This document shows, one piece after another, positions 14,662 through 27,787 of a DNA stretch of 64,000 nt; position 1 is the stretch's first letter, and every line of letters begins with the position of its first letter. Position numbers and translations under genes: made by a program. Location of the stretch: the NCBI GenBank assembly GCA_951406725.2, contig OX597814.1, positions 185,628,001-185,692,000 of the forward strand, read 5' to 3'. A model generated the notes under the pieces. The model saw only the letters and a program-made list of their open reading frames with translations. It searched no databases and was not told where the DNA came from. This DNA is from Octopus vulgaris (Eukaryota).

Positions 14662-15141
14662 GTTTAAATATTTATCTTGGCGAGGTTTAAACATTGTTTA
14701 AACCTCGACATATATACACAACAAGCTTCTTTCAGTTTCTGTCTTCCAAACCCACTCACAAGGCTTTGGTTGGCCCAAGGCTGTAGTAGAAGACACAACT
14801 AGGTGCAATGTAGTAGGACTGAACCCAGAACCATGTAATTAGGAAGAAAGCTACTTACCACACAGCCACTCTTGCACCTGTATATAATTTTCAGTTTTCA
14901 TGTATAGTAAAAAGGGTTATTAAGTTTGGTAGTTATGTTATTAGCCACTTTCATGGAACTGCAAAGGAGATGTCAAGCAGCAGTGGGGGACAAACACACA
15001 CACACACACACATAAATATATGTATATGCAGTTTTCCCATGTAGTTTTCATCAGCAAAATTTACTCACAAGGCAGTGATCAACCTAAAGTTTTAGTAGAC
15101 GAGACTTGCTTAAGGTACCATGCAATAGAACAGATGTAACC

Positions 15142-16152
15142 TGAAACCACACGGTTACAAAGAGAGTTTCTTAACCACACAGCCATACCTGCACTTAAGA
15201 GTGACCTTAATATAATTCTCAGAGAGAATTGTCACAACACAGTGTCTGAGAAAGCTGGATCTTTGAGATAATGGTAGAAACCATCCAACAGGATTCTACA
15301 CAGAATGCACCCATCTGATTTCACTTGCAAAGCATGTGGGTTAACTCAAATGTCTTGTAAAAGACGCTTGTTCAAAATGCAATGTCGTACAATTGAACCA
15401 GAGACTCCTTAACTGCAATACAAACACCTGCTCAGCAGTGCTCTGAACCAGAAACCACACAGCTGCAAAAAGAATTTCTTAACCACACAGCCAAACCTGC
15501 ATCGAAGAGAATCCTTAATATAATTCTCCGACAGAATTATCACCACACGGTGTGCGAGAAAGCTGGATCTTTGGGATAATGGTACAAACCATCCAGCGGG
15601 ATTCTACACAGAATGCACCCATCTAATTTCACTTGCAAAGCATGTGTTAACTCAAATGTCCTGTAGAAGACGCTTGTTCAAAATGCAAAGCAGTAAAATT
15701 GAACCAGAGACTCCATAATTGCAATATGGCCGTTCAAGTATTTGGACCTGGAGATCTCCATTTCCACCGACTTTGAGGGCCACCTCCCAGTGGTGTCGGG
15801 CATCAACGAAGAGCCCTCGACTACAACAAGACGACCAAAGTTGTTTTTTTTCTAAGGTCTGGGGTCTCCACTCCTAGGCCCTTGACTATCACCTAATCAC
15901 CCTTATTCGTCTTGTTGCTTAACAACAACAACAATAGCTGCAATACAAACACCTACTCAACAATGCTCTGAACCAGAAACCACACAGCTGCAAAGAGAAT
16001 TTCTTAACCACACAGCCATACCTGCACTTAAGAGTGTCCTTAATATAATTCCCAGACAGAATTATCACAACACAGTGTGCGAGAAAGCTGGATCTTTGGG
16101 ATAATGGTAGAAACCGTCCAACGGGATTCTACACAGAGTACACACATCTAAT
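15142..16152. repeat. Tandem repeat, ~305 bp unit, ~2.6 copies, partly SINE-derived; second unit interrupted
   Basis: gaaaccacac...ttcttaaccacacagcca...gagaaagctggatctttg recurs at ~15143, ~15451 and ~15976. Confidence 0.9.
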
Positions 16153-17763
16153 TTAAGATTTCATTCAACTTTTTTACAAAATGATTTCTTTTATTGAAAA
16201 AAAAATTTTTTTTTTTTAGTTTGTATTGCACCCATAACTGCAATACAAATACCCACTCAGCAGTACTTCGTATTGAAAAAACCACAAAAAACACCAACCC
16301 GTATTGATGCAATATGCATGTAAATGCATTTTAACATACATGTATTGATATATGTACTTATGCATTTACATGCACAGGCATGCACACACACACATATATA
16401 TGAGCATGCACACATTACTAAGACACACATACTCACACATATGTATGAGCATGCACACATGCAATAACACAAACGTACACACACACACATATGAGAATGC
16501 ACACATACTAACACACACATACACACACACATGTACTAACACACACGTACACACACACATGTATGAGCATGCACACAAGCAGTAACACACACATACACAT
16601 ACATACACACATATATATATATGAACATGCACACATTCTCATACACACATGTATGAGAACGCACACATGCACTAATGCACACATACACATACATATATAT
16701 AAGCATGCACATGTACTCACACACACATATATATGAGCATGCATGTATGCACTAACACACACATACGCACACATACACAGACACATACACATATATATAT
16801 GAGCATGCAATGAAGTACTATAACACACATACATATGCAAACAAATATCTACGCACACAAACATTCATACAAACACCACCACCCTTATACACACCCACAC
16901 ACGCACACGCTATTAGACATACACCCCCACACACACATATACACGCACACATACATACACACCCATACACACTACTCCAAACCCCACACAGAAAAATAAA
17001 AATTTGAAAAAAAAAAAAATTATCGATTCCAGATTTTTTCCAAAATTTCTTCATAAAGTAAAATTATTCTGGTGAGTTCCCACAGAACACAAAGGGGAAC
17101 GGGTGGGAGAACAGAATGGAATACCATTTTTCAATTTAGTCAATTCTATCTTCAATAGCTGCATTTTAAAGTGTTCTTCTTCTTGTTGCTACTGTTTTGT
17201 TTTTTATTTATTTTATTAATTTTTTTTCCTTTTTATTTTTAATGGGTAGGGATAAATATAGTGATATAGCTTATAGTCAATGGATACCCATCCGTTAGTC
17301 TTCCTTCCTTTCTTTCTTTCTTTCTTTCATTCTTTCTTTAATTCATTCTTTGCCTTCTTTTTTTTTATTTACTTTCTAATCCTGAAGTAGTATTCCTCAA
17401 GTGAAAATAAATAAGATAAATCACAAAAATTATTTTATTATTATTACTATTATTATTATCATTACTAGTGCCACTACTACTATTATCATATTATATCATT
17501 ATTATTATTCTATATTATTATCATTATTATTATTATTATTATCATCATCATCCTCATCATTATTATTGTTGTTGTTGTTATTACTAATACTAGCTCTATT
17601 ACTACTATTATTGTTATTCTTCTTCTTCTTCTTCTTCTTCTTATTATTATTATTATTATTATTATTATCATTATTATCTTACATTATTACTTTGTCATTT
17701 TTATCATTTTTATTTTATATTATTATTATTATTATTATATTATTGCTATTATTATTATCATTA

Positions 17764-17848
<85 letters not shown>

Positions 17849-18637
17849 GCTTTTTGTTGTTTTCATTGTTGTTGTTGTTGTTGTTGTAGTTACCATTTAT
17901 GTTAGTAATACAAGATTCATTCAGCCCACCAACTGGCCGACCAACCGACCAGCCAACCTACCAAACAACCAACCACACAGGAGATATTTCACTATGTTTT
18001 CGCTTTTTCATTTTTATTTCTTTTTTGTTTTTCTCCTTGTGGCTTTTCTTTTCTTATATTTTATATTTTTATCCCGTTTTCTTTTTTATTCACTTTCTCC
18101 CTGGAGGAAGTTAGTTATAGGAATTACAAGGGATCCCATATCACTTGTAAAGTTGTTATTCTTGTTGTCATTATTTTTACATGCAACTGTTGCCCATAGC
18201 AACAAACAACAAAATAATAATAACATTACTTGGAAATAAGACTTTAAATTGGCACTGAATGAAATAAAACAGGAATAGTCTCCAAGATGTAAAAGATAAA
18301 AATATGAAGCGCAAAGAGAGAGAGATGCTGAGGGAGAGAGAGAGAGATGCTGAGGGAGAAAAAGACAGATAAACAGAGACAGAGAGAGCTTACATATCTA
18401 AAAGAAAAAAAAATGGTTTTGAATTTAGAAATAAATTTTGGTTTTTCTTTCTAATCTTCTTCTTACCAAAATATTTTTGCCATCTTATCTGTGTGTGAGT
18501 GTAAGTGTGTGTGTGTTTTTAAACCTGCGCTAAAGACAGACAGAGTAAAGTTTTACAACATAGATGTGTGTGTGTGTATGTCTGTATGTGTGTCTGTATG
18601 TGTGTTTTAGTATATATGTGTATATGTATATATATTT

Positions 18638-18669
<32 letters not shown>

Positions 18670-19067
18670 CGCATATATACATATATATGTGTATATATGC
18701 ATGCACACATGCATATGTATGTATGTATGTATGTATGTATGCATGTCAAAACTAAAGATAAATGGTAAAAATACAAGATCCTCTTTGTCATTTCCTATAA
18801 GAAAAGAAACTTTGGTCTTATCAAACTGAAGCATGCCAGACATGTCCAGTTTTTCAAGCAGTTTGCTGGGAGCAATTTTATTATTATTCTTATTATTATT
18901 TCCTATTTATTTTGTATCTAAAACTTCTTTGACAGTTTACCATTTCCACTGAGATCTGTATGTAGGAAACTTGGTTCATGATTTCTTATTCAATTACATG
19001 AGCTAGTGACATAGATTTTAGTGGAAGTCAGCTGTTCTTGGAAACGTGAGTTCAATATCCAGATTAA

Positions 19068-19289
19068 CCCTTTTGTTACCGTATTTATTTTGAGATGTTC
19101 TGTGTTTCTTTCAATTATTTTAAATATAACAAAGAATTTAGTAAAATAACTTTGTTATCATTATGCTAGTGTTAGAAACATAAATTGTGACTAAGATTTG
19201 GTGGAAGATTTTAATTCAAAACTTATGAAAAACAAGACATTTGTACTACAGAACCAGAGCCAGTTTCAGCCAGGTTAGTAACGAAAGGT
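19068..19289 (-). mobile_element. piggyBac-like MITE family 1
   Basis: TTAA flanks; reverse complement of 7837-8057. Confidence 0.85.
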
Positions 19290-19586
19290 TTAAGACAATT
19301 TCACTCCCTTTACTTAACAATCTAATTTCTCAGTCAGGAGATGGTCCATCTCCTGCTCAGGATGACTTGCTCTCTATTCACTGCATGGAGAATCAATAAA
19401 TGTTTAATATTTCCATGGGGAGATGTAGGTTCAAGTTCCACAGGCAACCTTCAGCATTTTAGGTGCAGGCATAGCTGTGAACAGGTTCACTTCCTTAACC
19501 ACATGGTCCTGAGTTCAGTGCCACTGTGTGGCACCTTGGGGAAAAGTCTTGAGAATGGATTTTGTAGATGGAAACTGAAAAAAGTA

Positions 19587-19679
<93 letters not shown>

Positions 19680-19932
19680 ATTTCTCTGTACATGTGTGTC
19701 ATTGTGTTTGTATTTGTTCCCCCACCACTGCTTAACAACTGGTGTTGGTTTGTTTACATCCCCATAAGTTAGTGGTCTGACAAAAAAGAGACCAAGAGAA
19801 TGAGCAACAAGTTTTAAAAATAGGTACTGAGGTAAATCTGTTCAATAAAACTCTTCAAGGTGGTGCCCCGGCATGGCCACAGTTAAATAACTGAAATGAG
19901 TAAAAGAGAAAAAAAAGATTAATATCTTTTAA

Positions 19933-20153
19933 CCCTTTCATTACTGTATTTATTTTGAGATGCTCTGTGTGTCTTTGAATTACTTTAAATATAACAAAGA
20001 ATTTAGTAAAATAACTTAGTTATTATTCAGCTAGTGTTAGGAACCTAAATTGTGACTAAGATTTAGTGGAAGATTTTAATTCAAAACTTATGAAAAACAA
20101 GACATTTGTACTCAGAGCCAGAGCCAGTTTCAGCCGGGTTGGTAATGAAAGGG
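19933..20153 (-). mobile_element. piggyBac-like MITE family 1
   Basis: ttaa-ccctttcattac...gtaatgaaaggg-ttaa. Confidence 0.9.
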
Positions 20154-20519
20154 TTAAGCTACTAAATAATTCCTAAGTAGAAGAGAATTGAATACAGAGA
20201 CTCTACATGACTGGATAGGGCACCAATCTGTTTTTGTATATAAATTCCACCTGATGTATTAAAATCAACAGAGATGCATACAAATCAAGCAAACTGCCTG
20301 AGTATGAAAATGACTGCAGTGGATTTTATCTCACTGCTTTCTTGTTGGCCATCTAATGCAATATTCATTCAGTCATATAATTTCAGTGTGAGAGCATTGA
20401 CATGATAGATTAGCAATATATCAGAAGTATTTATTGACCCATTAAAGGCTATAATTCAATAAAAATAATACTTGTAAAAAGTTTTACATTTTCTGAGCTC
20501 TTGAGAGCTCTTTGATTAT

Positions 20520-20935
20520 CACCGTGATCACCGTGAACGACCAGGCTATCAGATGTTGCTACACATCGCTGGTCACAATGCACTTCACATTGTTTTAGCC
20601 TTCAAATGATGCCACCCCGCTGAGTAAGCGAGCAGGCCAACAGAAGAAAGAGTGAGAGAAAGTTGTGGTGAAAGAGGACAGCAGGGATCGCCACCACCCC
20701 CTGCCAGAGCCTTGTGGAGCTTTAGGTGCTTTCGCTCAATAAACACTCACAATGCTCAGTCTGGGAATCAAAACCGCAATCCTACTGCAATACATACATA
20801 CAAGTGAGCCTCTTCACAGCTATGCCTGCACCAAAAATGCTGAAGGCCAGCTGTGGAACTTGAACCTACATCTCCCCATGGAAATATTAAACGACCGCGA
20901 GTCCGCTGCCCTAACCACTGGGCCATTGCGCCTCA
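20520..20935 (-). mobile_element. tRNA-derived SINE (family D variant) with a ~107 bp insert in its head
   Basis: Head gaggcgcaatggcccagtggttagggcagcggactcgcggtcg; body shared with 21507-21814 and 34376-34685. Confidence 0.8.
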
Positions 20936-21506
20936 ACCTTTGATTATATTTCTCCTATTATATTGATTTCATATTTTGGCACAAGGCCAGCAATTTTAGG
21001 GGAGAGGTAAGTCGATCACATCAACCCCAGTGTTCAACTGGTACTTATTTTATAGACCTTGAAAGGATGAAAGGCAAAGCTGACCTCAGTGAAATTTGAA
21101 CCCAGGATGTGAAAATGGACAAAATACCCCTAAGCATTTTGCCCAGCGTGCTAATGATTCTGTGAGCTCACTTCCTTAAATTTCTCCTGTTAAATTAAAG
21201 CACATATGAAGGTGGTGAGCTGGTGGAACCATTAGCACGTAAAGCAAAATGCTTAGAAGTATTTCATCCATCATTACATTTCATCCATCATTACATTCAA
21301 ATTCTTCTGAGGTCACTTTGCTGTTCATCCCTTTCAGGGTTAATAAAATAATTCTCAGTTGAACGCTGGGGTTGAGGTAATTGAGTGTGGGCCTAGTGCC
21401 TAAATTTGAAATAATATTAAAGTGTACATGCTAATTTTATTAGTATACTTGGAGAATACTTGTAAATATGAAGTATATAAAAGAAATACAAAGTCTTTAT
21501 AACATT

Positions 21507-21814
21507 GTTGTTGTTTGTACTTTCTCAAGCCATGCCTGGCTCATAAGGGCCAGTTTCCTGGTTTCCATGGCATATAGGCTCCCCATCTGGACAGGACGCC
21601 AGTCCATCGCAGGTGAGCTGCTAGATGCAGGAGGAAAGAGTGAGAGAAAGTTGTGGCAAAAGAGTCAGCAGAACTTCGCCATTACCTTCTGCAGGAGCCA
21701 CATGGAGCTTAGGTGTTTCACTCATAAGCACACACATCGCCCGATCTGAGATTTGAACTAGTAATCCCTTGACCATGAGTCCATTGCTCTAACCACTAGG
21801 CTATGTGCCCCTGC
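21507..21814 (-). mobile_element. tRNA-derived SINE family D, full length
   Basis: 12-bp TSD ctttataacatt (21495-21506 and 21815-21826), A/B boxes and (AAC)n tail. Confidence 0.9.
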
Positions 21815-21826
21815 CTTTATAACATT

Positions 21827-22241
21827 CTTTTACTCTTTTACTTGTTTCAGTAATTTGACAGTGGCCATGCAGGAGCACCACCTTTAGTTAAGCAAATTGA
21901 CCCCAGGACTTATTCTTTGTAAGCCTAGTACTTATTCTATCAGTCTCTTTTGCCAAACCGCTAAGTTATGGGGATGTAAACACACCAGCATCAGTTGTCA
22001 AGCAATGTTGGGGGGACAAACATAGACACAAACACACATGCACACATATATATATATACACATACATATACATATATATATGATGGGCTTCTTTTAGTTT
22101 CCGTCCACCAAATCCACTCACAAGGATTTGGTCGGGATGAGGCTATAGTAGAAGACACTTGCCCAAGGTTCCATGCAGTGGGACTGAACCCAGAACCATA
22201 TGGTTGGTAAGCAAGCTACTTACCACACAGCCACTCCTGCA
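21827..22241 (-). mobile_element. SINE family A, full length
   Basis: Head gcaggagtggctgtgtggtaag...ggttcagtcccactgc, CORE-like ccttgggcaagtgtctt, and (AAAAGAGT)n tail. Confidence 0.9.
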
Positions 22242-23021
22242 CATTATTCATAGAAAATTTAAAATTTCTGCCCCAAAACTGGACATTGGCTGTTAATGGG
22301 TAAAGAAAAAATTGCTAATTTTACTAATTATTCAACATGAGAAGCAGGGAACTAGCAGCCTTGTAGAAGAAGTATGTTTGAAGGAAAATCATAGTAATTA
22401 TACTGGAATATATTTTTGCTGGTTTAATTTAATTTAAAGTCTATCTATTCAGCTAATTGCAAATTTGAGAAACACCTATTTATATTTCTGTACACTTCTA
22501 ATTACATGTTTAATCATGTTTGAAACAAAATTTCAAACAAATTTTGTAAAAAAAAAAACCTACAAAAATATGATGAGTGAGGGTTTCTTTATCAAACTCC
22601 ATCATTTTTTTTTTTATATATTGCATTAAAATTTTTTTAAATAGTTATATTATCTAAAATAATAGGTTGAGCAGCATTAAAGTAATTTTCTTTTTAAATG
22701 CAGCCTTGTAAACTTCAGTGTGAGCATCCAAAATAGAAAGGCTCCAAACCACAGTATTACACTATTTGTGTAATACCGAGATGGTGATCTGGCAGAATCA
22801 TTAGCATACCAGGCAAAATCTTTAATAGCATTTCAAGTGTTTTTACTTTGTGAGTTCAAATTCTGCCAAGGTTGATTTTCTTTTTTTTTTTTTTTTTTTT
22901 GCCTTTCAGGTTCGATAAAATATGTACCAGTTGAACACTGGAGTCAATGTAATCAGCTTGCCCCTTCCCTGAAATTTTTAGCGTTGAGCCAAAATTTCAA
23001 ACCAGTATAATATACAGCCAT

Positions 23022-23585
23022 TTAACGCTTTAGCATTCAGATTACTCTGTCAAATGGAATGCTTATTTATTCACGTTGTTTTGAATTGACCATGCAATAT
23101 TTCATAGCTTCATGATTTTTATGATGTGGTTGTTTAGTTTAGAGTGACATTGTAGAGTAGGTATAAGATGCCTGATCTGGCCAATTTGAACATAAAACTG
23201 GTAGAATAGTTTGGCCTGATGCTGAGACCCCCTTCAGTCATGACTGTCCATGGGATTGCACCTAGAAAGTTATCCTCCCAGGCACAAGTCTGGGCAAGGT
23301 TGTATATTGAAGACCAGCAGTCGCCCATGCATACCGGCCTCCCCTCTCCATACCACCACTGTTATCCAAGGGAACGGCAAAGGCCAATACAGCTTGGCAC
23401 CTGTGACATCGTAACTCTTTTCTACAGCTGAGTGAACTGGAGCAACGTGAAATAAAGTGTCTTGCTCAAGAACACAACACACAGCCCATTCCGGGATTCG
23501 AACTCACAACCTTGCGATCGTAAGCTCAATGCTCTAACCACTGAGCCATGTGTCTGATATGGCCAGTTCAAATGCTAAAGTATTA
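23022..23585. mobile_element. piggyBac-like MITE family 2 with a nested CORE-like SINE (23219-23552, minus strand)
   Basis: Ends ttaacgctttagcattc / aaatgctaaagtatta. The nested SINE head reads tggctcagtggttagagc...gagttcgaatccc followed by ttcttgagcaagacacttta. Another copy of this SINE is at ~54130-54440. Confidence 0.7.
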
Positions 23586-24307
23586 CACATATGACATTTC
23601 ACAAAACGATGTCCCAATTTAGCTTATAATGTTCAGCCTAGTCTGCTTTAGAATACATGTTATACAAGTGCTGCATATCTACTATTGATATCACACTGCT
23701 ACAGAGATTTGATGATATTCCACTCAATAAAATTTTATTGCTATCTTCCTCTCTGGAAGATTTAGCTGATATATTCTCTCTGATATCATTTATTGATCTC
23801 TGAACTTTTGTAGATTTTATTGATTTCTTCTGTAGGATATGCTATACAGATATCACCTCTGGTAGTAGATTTTTATGATATCTACACATTGGAAGATTTT
23901 ATTTAAATTTGCCCTGTAGTTGATATCTCATGCTTAGTCATTTTATTGAATTTTGCTTATTAGTCAAACTTATTAATATCGTGCTTTAGAATCTTTTCAT
24001 TCTCGCTGCTGTTCAACACTTTTGATATATAAAATTATACTAGCTTCACTAAAACATTAAAAATCTCTTTGAATATGTATGGTAAGCCTTAAATTCTAAA
24101 ATCAAAAACTTCCTCTGACACAACACTTTTTGAACACACATTTTTTTTTTTGCTATTGCATATTTTACTAATTTATAATTAATTAACCCCAGACCAGATC
24201 TGTTCAAGCAGATCTGTGATCAAGCATGTTCCAAGCATGACTAACCAATTTTTTTTGTTTGTTTTTTAATATAGAATATCTAGAATCGTAAGAAGTACAG
24301 CATAATG

Positions 24308-24526
24308 CAGTGGTTTTCAACCAGGGTTCCACGGAACTTTAGGGTTCCGCCAGTACAGTCCAATGTTTCCGCAAGAAGTTACAAAACTGCTAAAATCGGC
24401 AGTAATTTTTAATTCTCCTGTGCAGATATGTGTGCATAAAACTATTAGATTATTGCACAGAGGGTCCTCGAGCCAGTGGAATGTTTCCTTGGGGTTCCGC
24501 TCTAGTAAAAAGTTTGAAAAGCACTG
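24308..24526. mobile_element. hAT (Charlie-like) MITE
   Basis: TIR cagtggttttcaa / ttgaaaagcactg; 8-bp TSD gcataatg / gcctaatg (7/8 match). Confidence 0.85.
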
Positions 24527-24595
24527 GCCTAATGGCTAGGCAACTAGGCTCACAATTATAAGTTTGTAGGTCTGATTCCTTGTTCGACAGAGATA

Positions 24596-24924
24596 GAAAG
24601 GAGCACTCCATCGGTTTCGATGATGAGGGTCCCAGCTAATACAATCAATGGAACAGCTTGCTCATGAAATTAACGTGTAAGTGGCTGAGTACTCCACAGA
24701 CACGTGTACCCTTAACGTAGTTCTTGGGGAGATTCAGTGTGACACAGTGTGTGACAAGGCTGGCCCTTTGAAATACAGGTACTACTCACTTTTGCCAACT
24801 GAGTGGACTGGAGCAATGTGAAATAAAGTGTCTTGCTCAAGGACACAGCGCGCTGCTGGGAATTGAACACCCAACCTTACGATCACAAGCCGAATGCCCC
24901 TAACCACTAAGCCACGTGCCTTCA
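24596..24924 (-). mobile_element. CORE-like tRNA SINE with a distinct tail
   Basis: Perfect 13-bp TSD ttcgacagagata; head tggcttagtggttagggg...ggtgttcaattccc; CORE-like tccttgagcaagacacttta. Confidence 0.9.
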
Positions 24925-25443
24925 TTCGACAGAGATATTGTGTTGATAGACAAGGTTGTACACTTTATATTATTCCAATCCACACTATGTGGCAACAATG
25001 AGCATTAAGACTAAAAGAGCACCCAGTCAGTGCTGAGTTAACATGGCTGTTAACTGATCAGTGATGCAATGTCTACCATTTTATATAGGCACAGGCATGG
25101 TTGAGTGGTAAGAAGTTTGCTTACAAATCACATGGTTTGGGATTCAGCCCCATTGCAAAGTATCTTGGGCAATTGTTTCCACTTATAGCCTTGGACTCAC
25201 CAAAGCCTAGTGAGTGAATTTGGTAGCCTATCATATGTGTGTGTGTGTGTACATATGCCGGGTATGGTGAATAAACTGTCATCTAAATTATGCAAGGCTT
25301 ATAGTAGAAGACACTTGCCGAAAGTGCCATGTAGTGGGACTGAACCCGGAATCATGTGGTTGGTAAGCCATCTAATTATCACACACACACACATACACAC
25401 ACACACATACACACACACACATACACACACACACACACACACA

Positions 25444-26660
25444 CATGACAGAAGTAAATAGACACCCTTATAATTATTAAAATTTATTTAAATCTGAAAT
25501 TATATGTTCAAATTATTTATTAATTGTTATAATGTAAATATTTGATATTTTTCGATGCTAGGATCCTACTAGGCATGTTACTGATCAGATGACAAATATT
25601 CTCTTGCGGAATATCTTGCCAAGTTTCATTCAGTAATCTCAAAAGATCTGGCTTTGAAGATGCTTTCTTTGTTCTTTTTATGAAGTGTCCTGTCCATTTT
25701 GTCTCACAGCTGTTCAATAGGGTTCATATCTGGTGACTGGCTCGGCTATGGAAGATTTTTGATGCTATTGTCATCCAACAAATCTTGAGTCATTTTAGCC
25801 ATGTGACAAGGAGCCCCATTTTCCATAAATAGAGAGTCTTCTTTGTTCATTTCACTACTGGAGAAGATTGGAAGGAGTCCTTTCTGCAATATGGACCCAT
25901 AGTTATTTGAGTTTATGTTTCCCTCACACTCCATCAGCTCTGATCAATCATTGCTCCAAATTGCTCCCCAGACTTCACAGAATAGCTGCTGTGTTTCAAT
26001 GCTGGTTGCAATCTTTTCACATCAAATTCTTGATCACAGAGTCTCCAGAACCATACTCGACCACTGTCATGAAATACAACAAATCTGGACTCATTAGAGA
26101 ATATGACAGTGTCCCAAAATGCTAGTGGCCTCTCCACCATCTCACTGGCCTAATCTTTTCTCCACTTGATGTTGGCTGGTCAAAGAAGTGGCTTCCTTCT
26201 TGTTGCTCTACCATCGTAATCAAGTTTGTAGAGATACCCGACAGCTATTCTGGGATTGACATCAACTTGTTCTGCTATGTCAGTCATCTTGCAACGAGGA
26301 TTATCCTCCACACTTCTCTCAGCAAAGAGAAGGGTCCTGTCAGAGGGCCCTGGTTGATCTGGACAAGGTGGTGTGGACTCCTTCCCGTCTCTGGTGAATT
26401 GCACAATCACTCTATTAACTATAGCAAGCGAGATCCCAAGGTTTTCTGCAATTTTACGCAGACTATGTCCATCTTCAGAATGACCTGCAATACAGCCTCT
26501 TTGAAATTCAGACAGTTCCAAGGCTTCTTTTGTACATGATTAAACAGTCACATAAAACCTGAAACATAAAAATGCCAATTAATAAAAAATATATAAACCT
26601 TTACAAGTTAGAATAACCATAAAACAGTGTTTTATGGAGTGTCTATTTAGCTCTGTCATG
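25444..26660 (-). mobile_element. Tc1 (DD34E-type) transposon, near full length, transposase pseudogenised
   Basis: Imperfect TIRs catgacaga(ag/gc)taaatagacac. Fragments MELSEFQRGCIAG...SLRKIAENLG (paired-like HTH), WDTVIFSNESRF, FMENGAPCH and PSQSPDMNPIE, with stops and frameshifts. A small extra fragment lies at ~27428-27566. Confidence 0.93.
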
Positions 26661-27627
26661 TCTGTCTGTATATTCTTTTATTCTTTTACTTGTTTCAGTC
26701 ATTTTGACTGTGGCCACCCTGGAGCACTGCTTTTTAGTTGAAGAAATTGTAAGCCTGGTTCTATCAGTTCCTTTGCAAAGTTATGGGGACGTAAACACAC
26801 CAACATCAGTTGTCAAAGTATAGTGGAGGGACAAACACAGACACGAACTCACAAATATATACATATATATGTATATATACGACAGGCTTCTTTCAGTTTC
26901 CATCTACCAAACCTACTCACAAGGTTTTGGTCGGCCCGAGGCTATAGCAGAAAACACTTGTCCAAGGTGCCACACAGTCAAACTGAACTGGGAACACAGC
27001 CACGCCTACACCTATATATATATATATGTTTACAGTGAAACATTCCACACATAATTTTATGTCTGAAGATTCTCTTATGTTAAAAACAAATTAATTATAA
27101 CAAAGTTCCACTTACTTTACAAAAATCCTCAAAATTCTTGATTATTTTCAGAATTAATTGAAACAGGTACATAAGGTTAAAACATTGATAACATGATTAC
27201 ACTGCATTTTTTAGATAAGATGCAACACAATAAAGATAATGGGGAAATAGTTAAACCCTGTATCCATCCTTTCCATTTAAGGAAAGGTTCGGTATAACTT
27301 GTCAATTACATATGGCATTCAGAAATTAGTCTCAAGAGAGATTCATGTCTGGGTGTGAGGTTTAGAAGCTTACTTTGTAACCATGTAGTTCTAGGTTCAG
27401 TTCCACACTGCAACATCTTGGTCAAATGTCATCCACACTTCTCTTAGCAAAGAGAAGGGTCCTGTCAGAGGGTCCTGATTGATCTGGATGAGGTGATGTG
27501 GACTCCTTCTCCCTCTGGTGAATTGCACAATCACTCTATTAACTGTAGAAAGTGGGATCCCAAGGCTGACCAATGCCATATGAGTGGATTTGGTAGATGG
27601 AAACTGTGTGGAAGCTCATTGTGTATG

Positions 27628-27663
<36 letters not shown>

Positions 27664-27787
27664 TATGTTTGTATGTATATATGTTTGTCTGTATGCATGT
27701 ATGTATGTATATGTGTGTGTTTATGTATGTATGTGTGTATATGCATGTATGTATGTAAACATGCAAATTTGTATGTTTTGTTTTATG

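Noticed and set aside
18775-18865. Possible minus-strand internal exon (KLLEKLDMSGMLQFDKTKVSFLIGNDKEDL)
   Set aside because: Weak donor (gtattt), no recognised homology, and phase not directly compatible with the 6601 exon. Unsupported without RNA data.
23680-23975. Repeat/variable-spacer pattern as a CRISPR-like array
   Set aside because: Eukaryotic context, degenerate short units, no cas genes; best explained as an old minisatellite.
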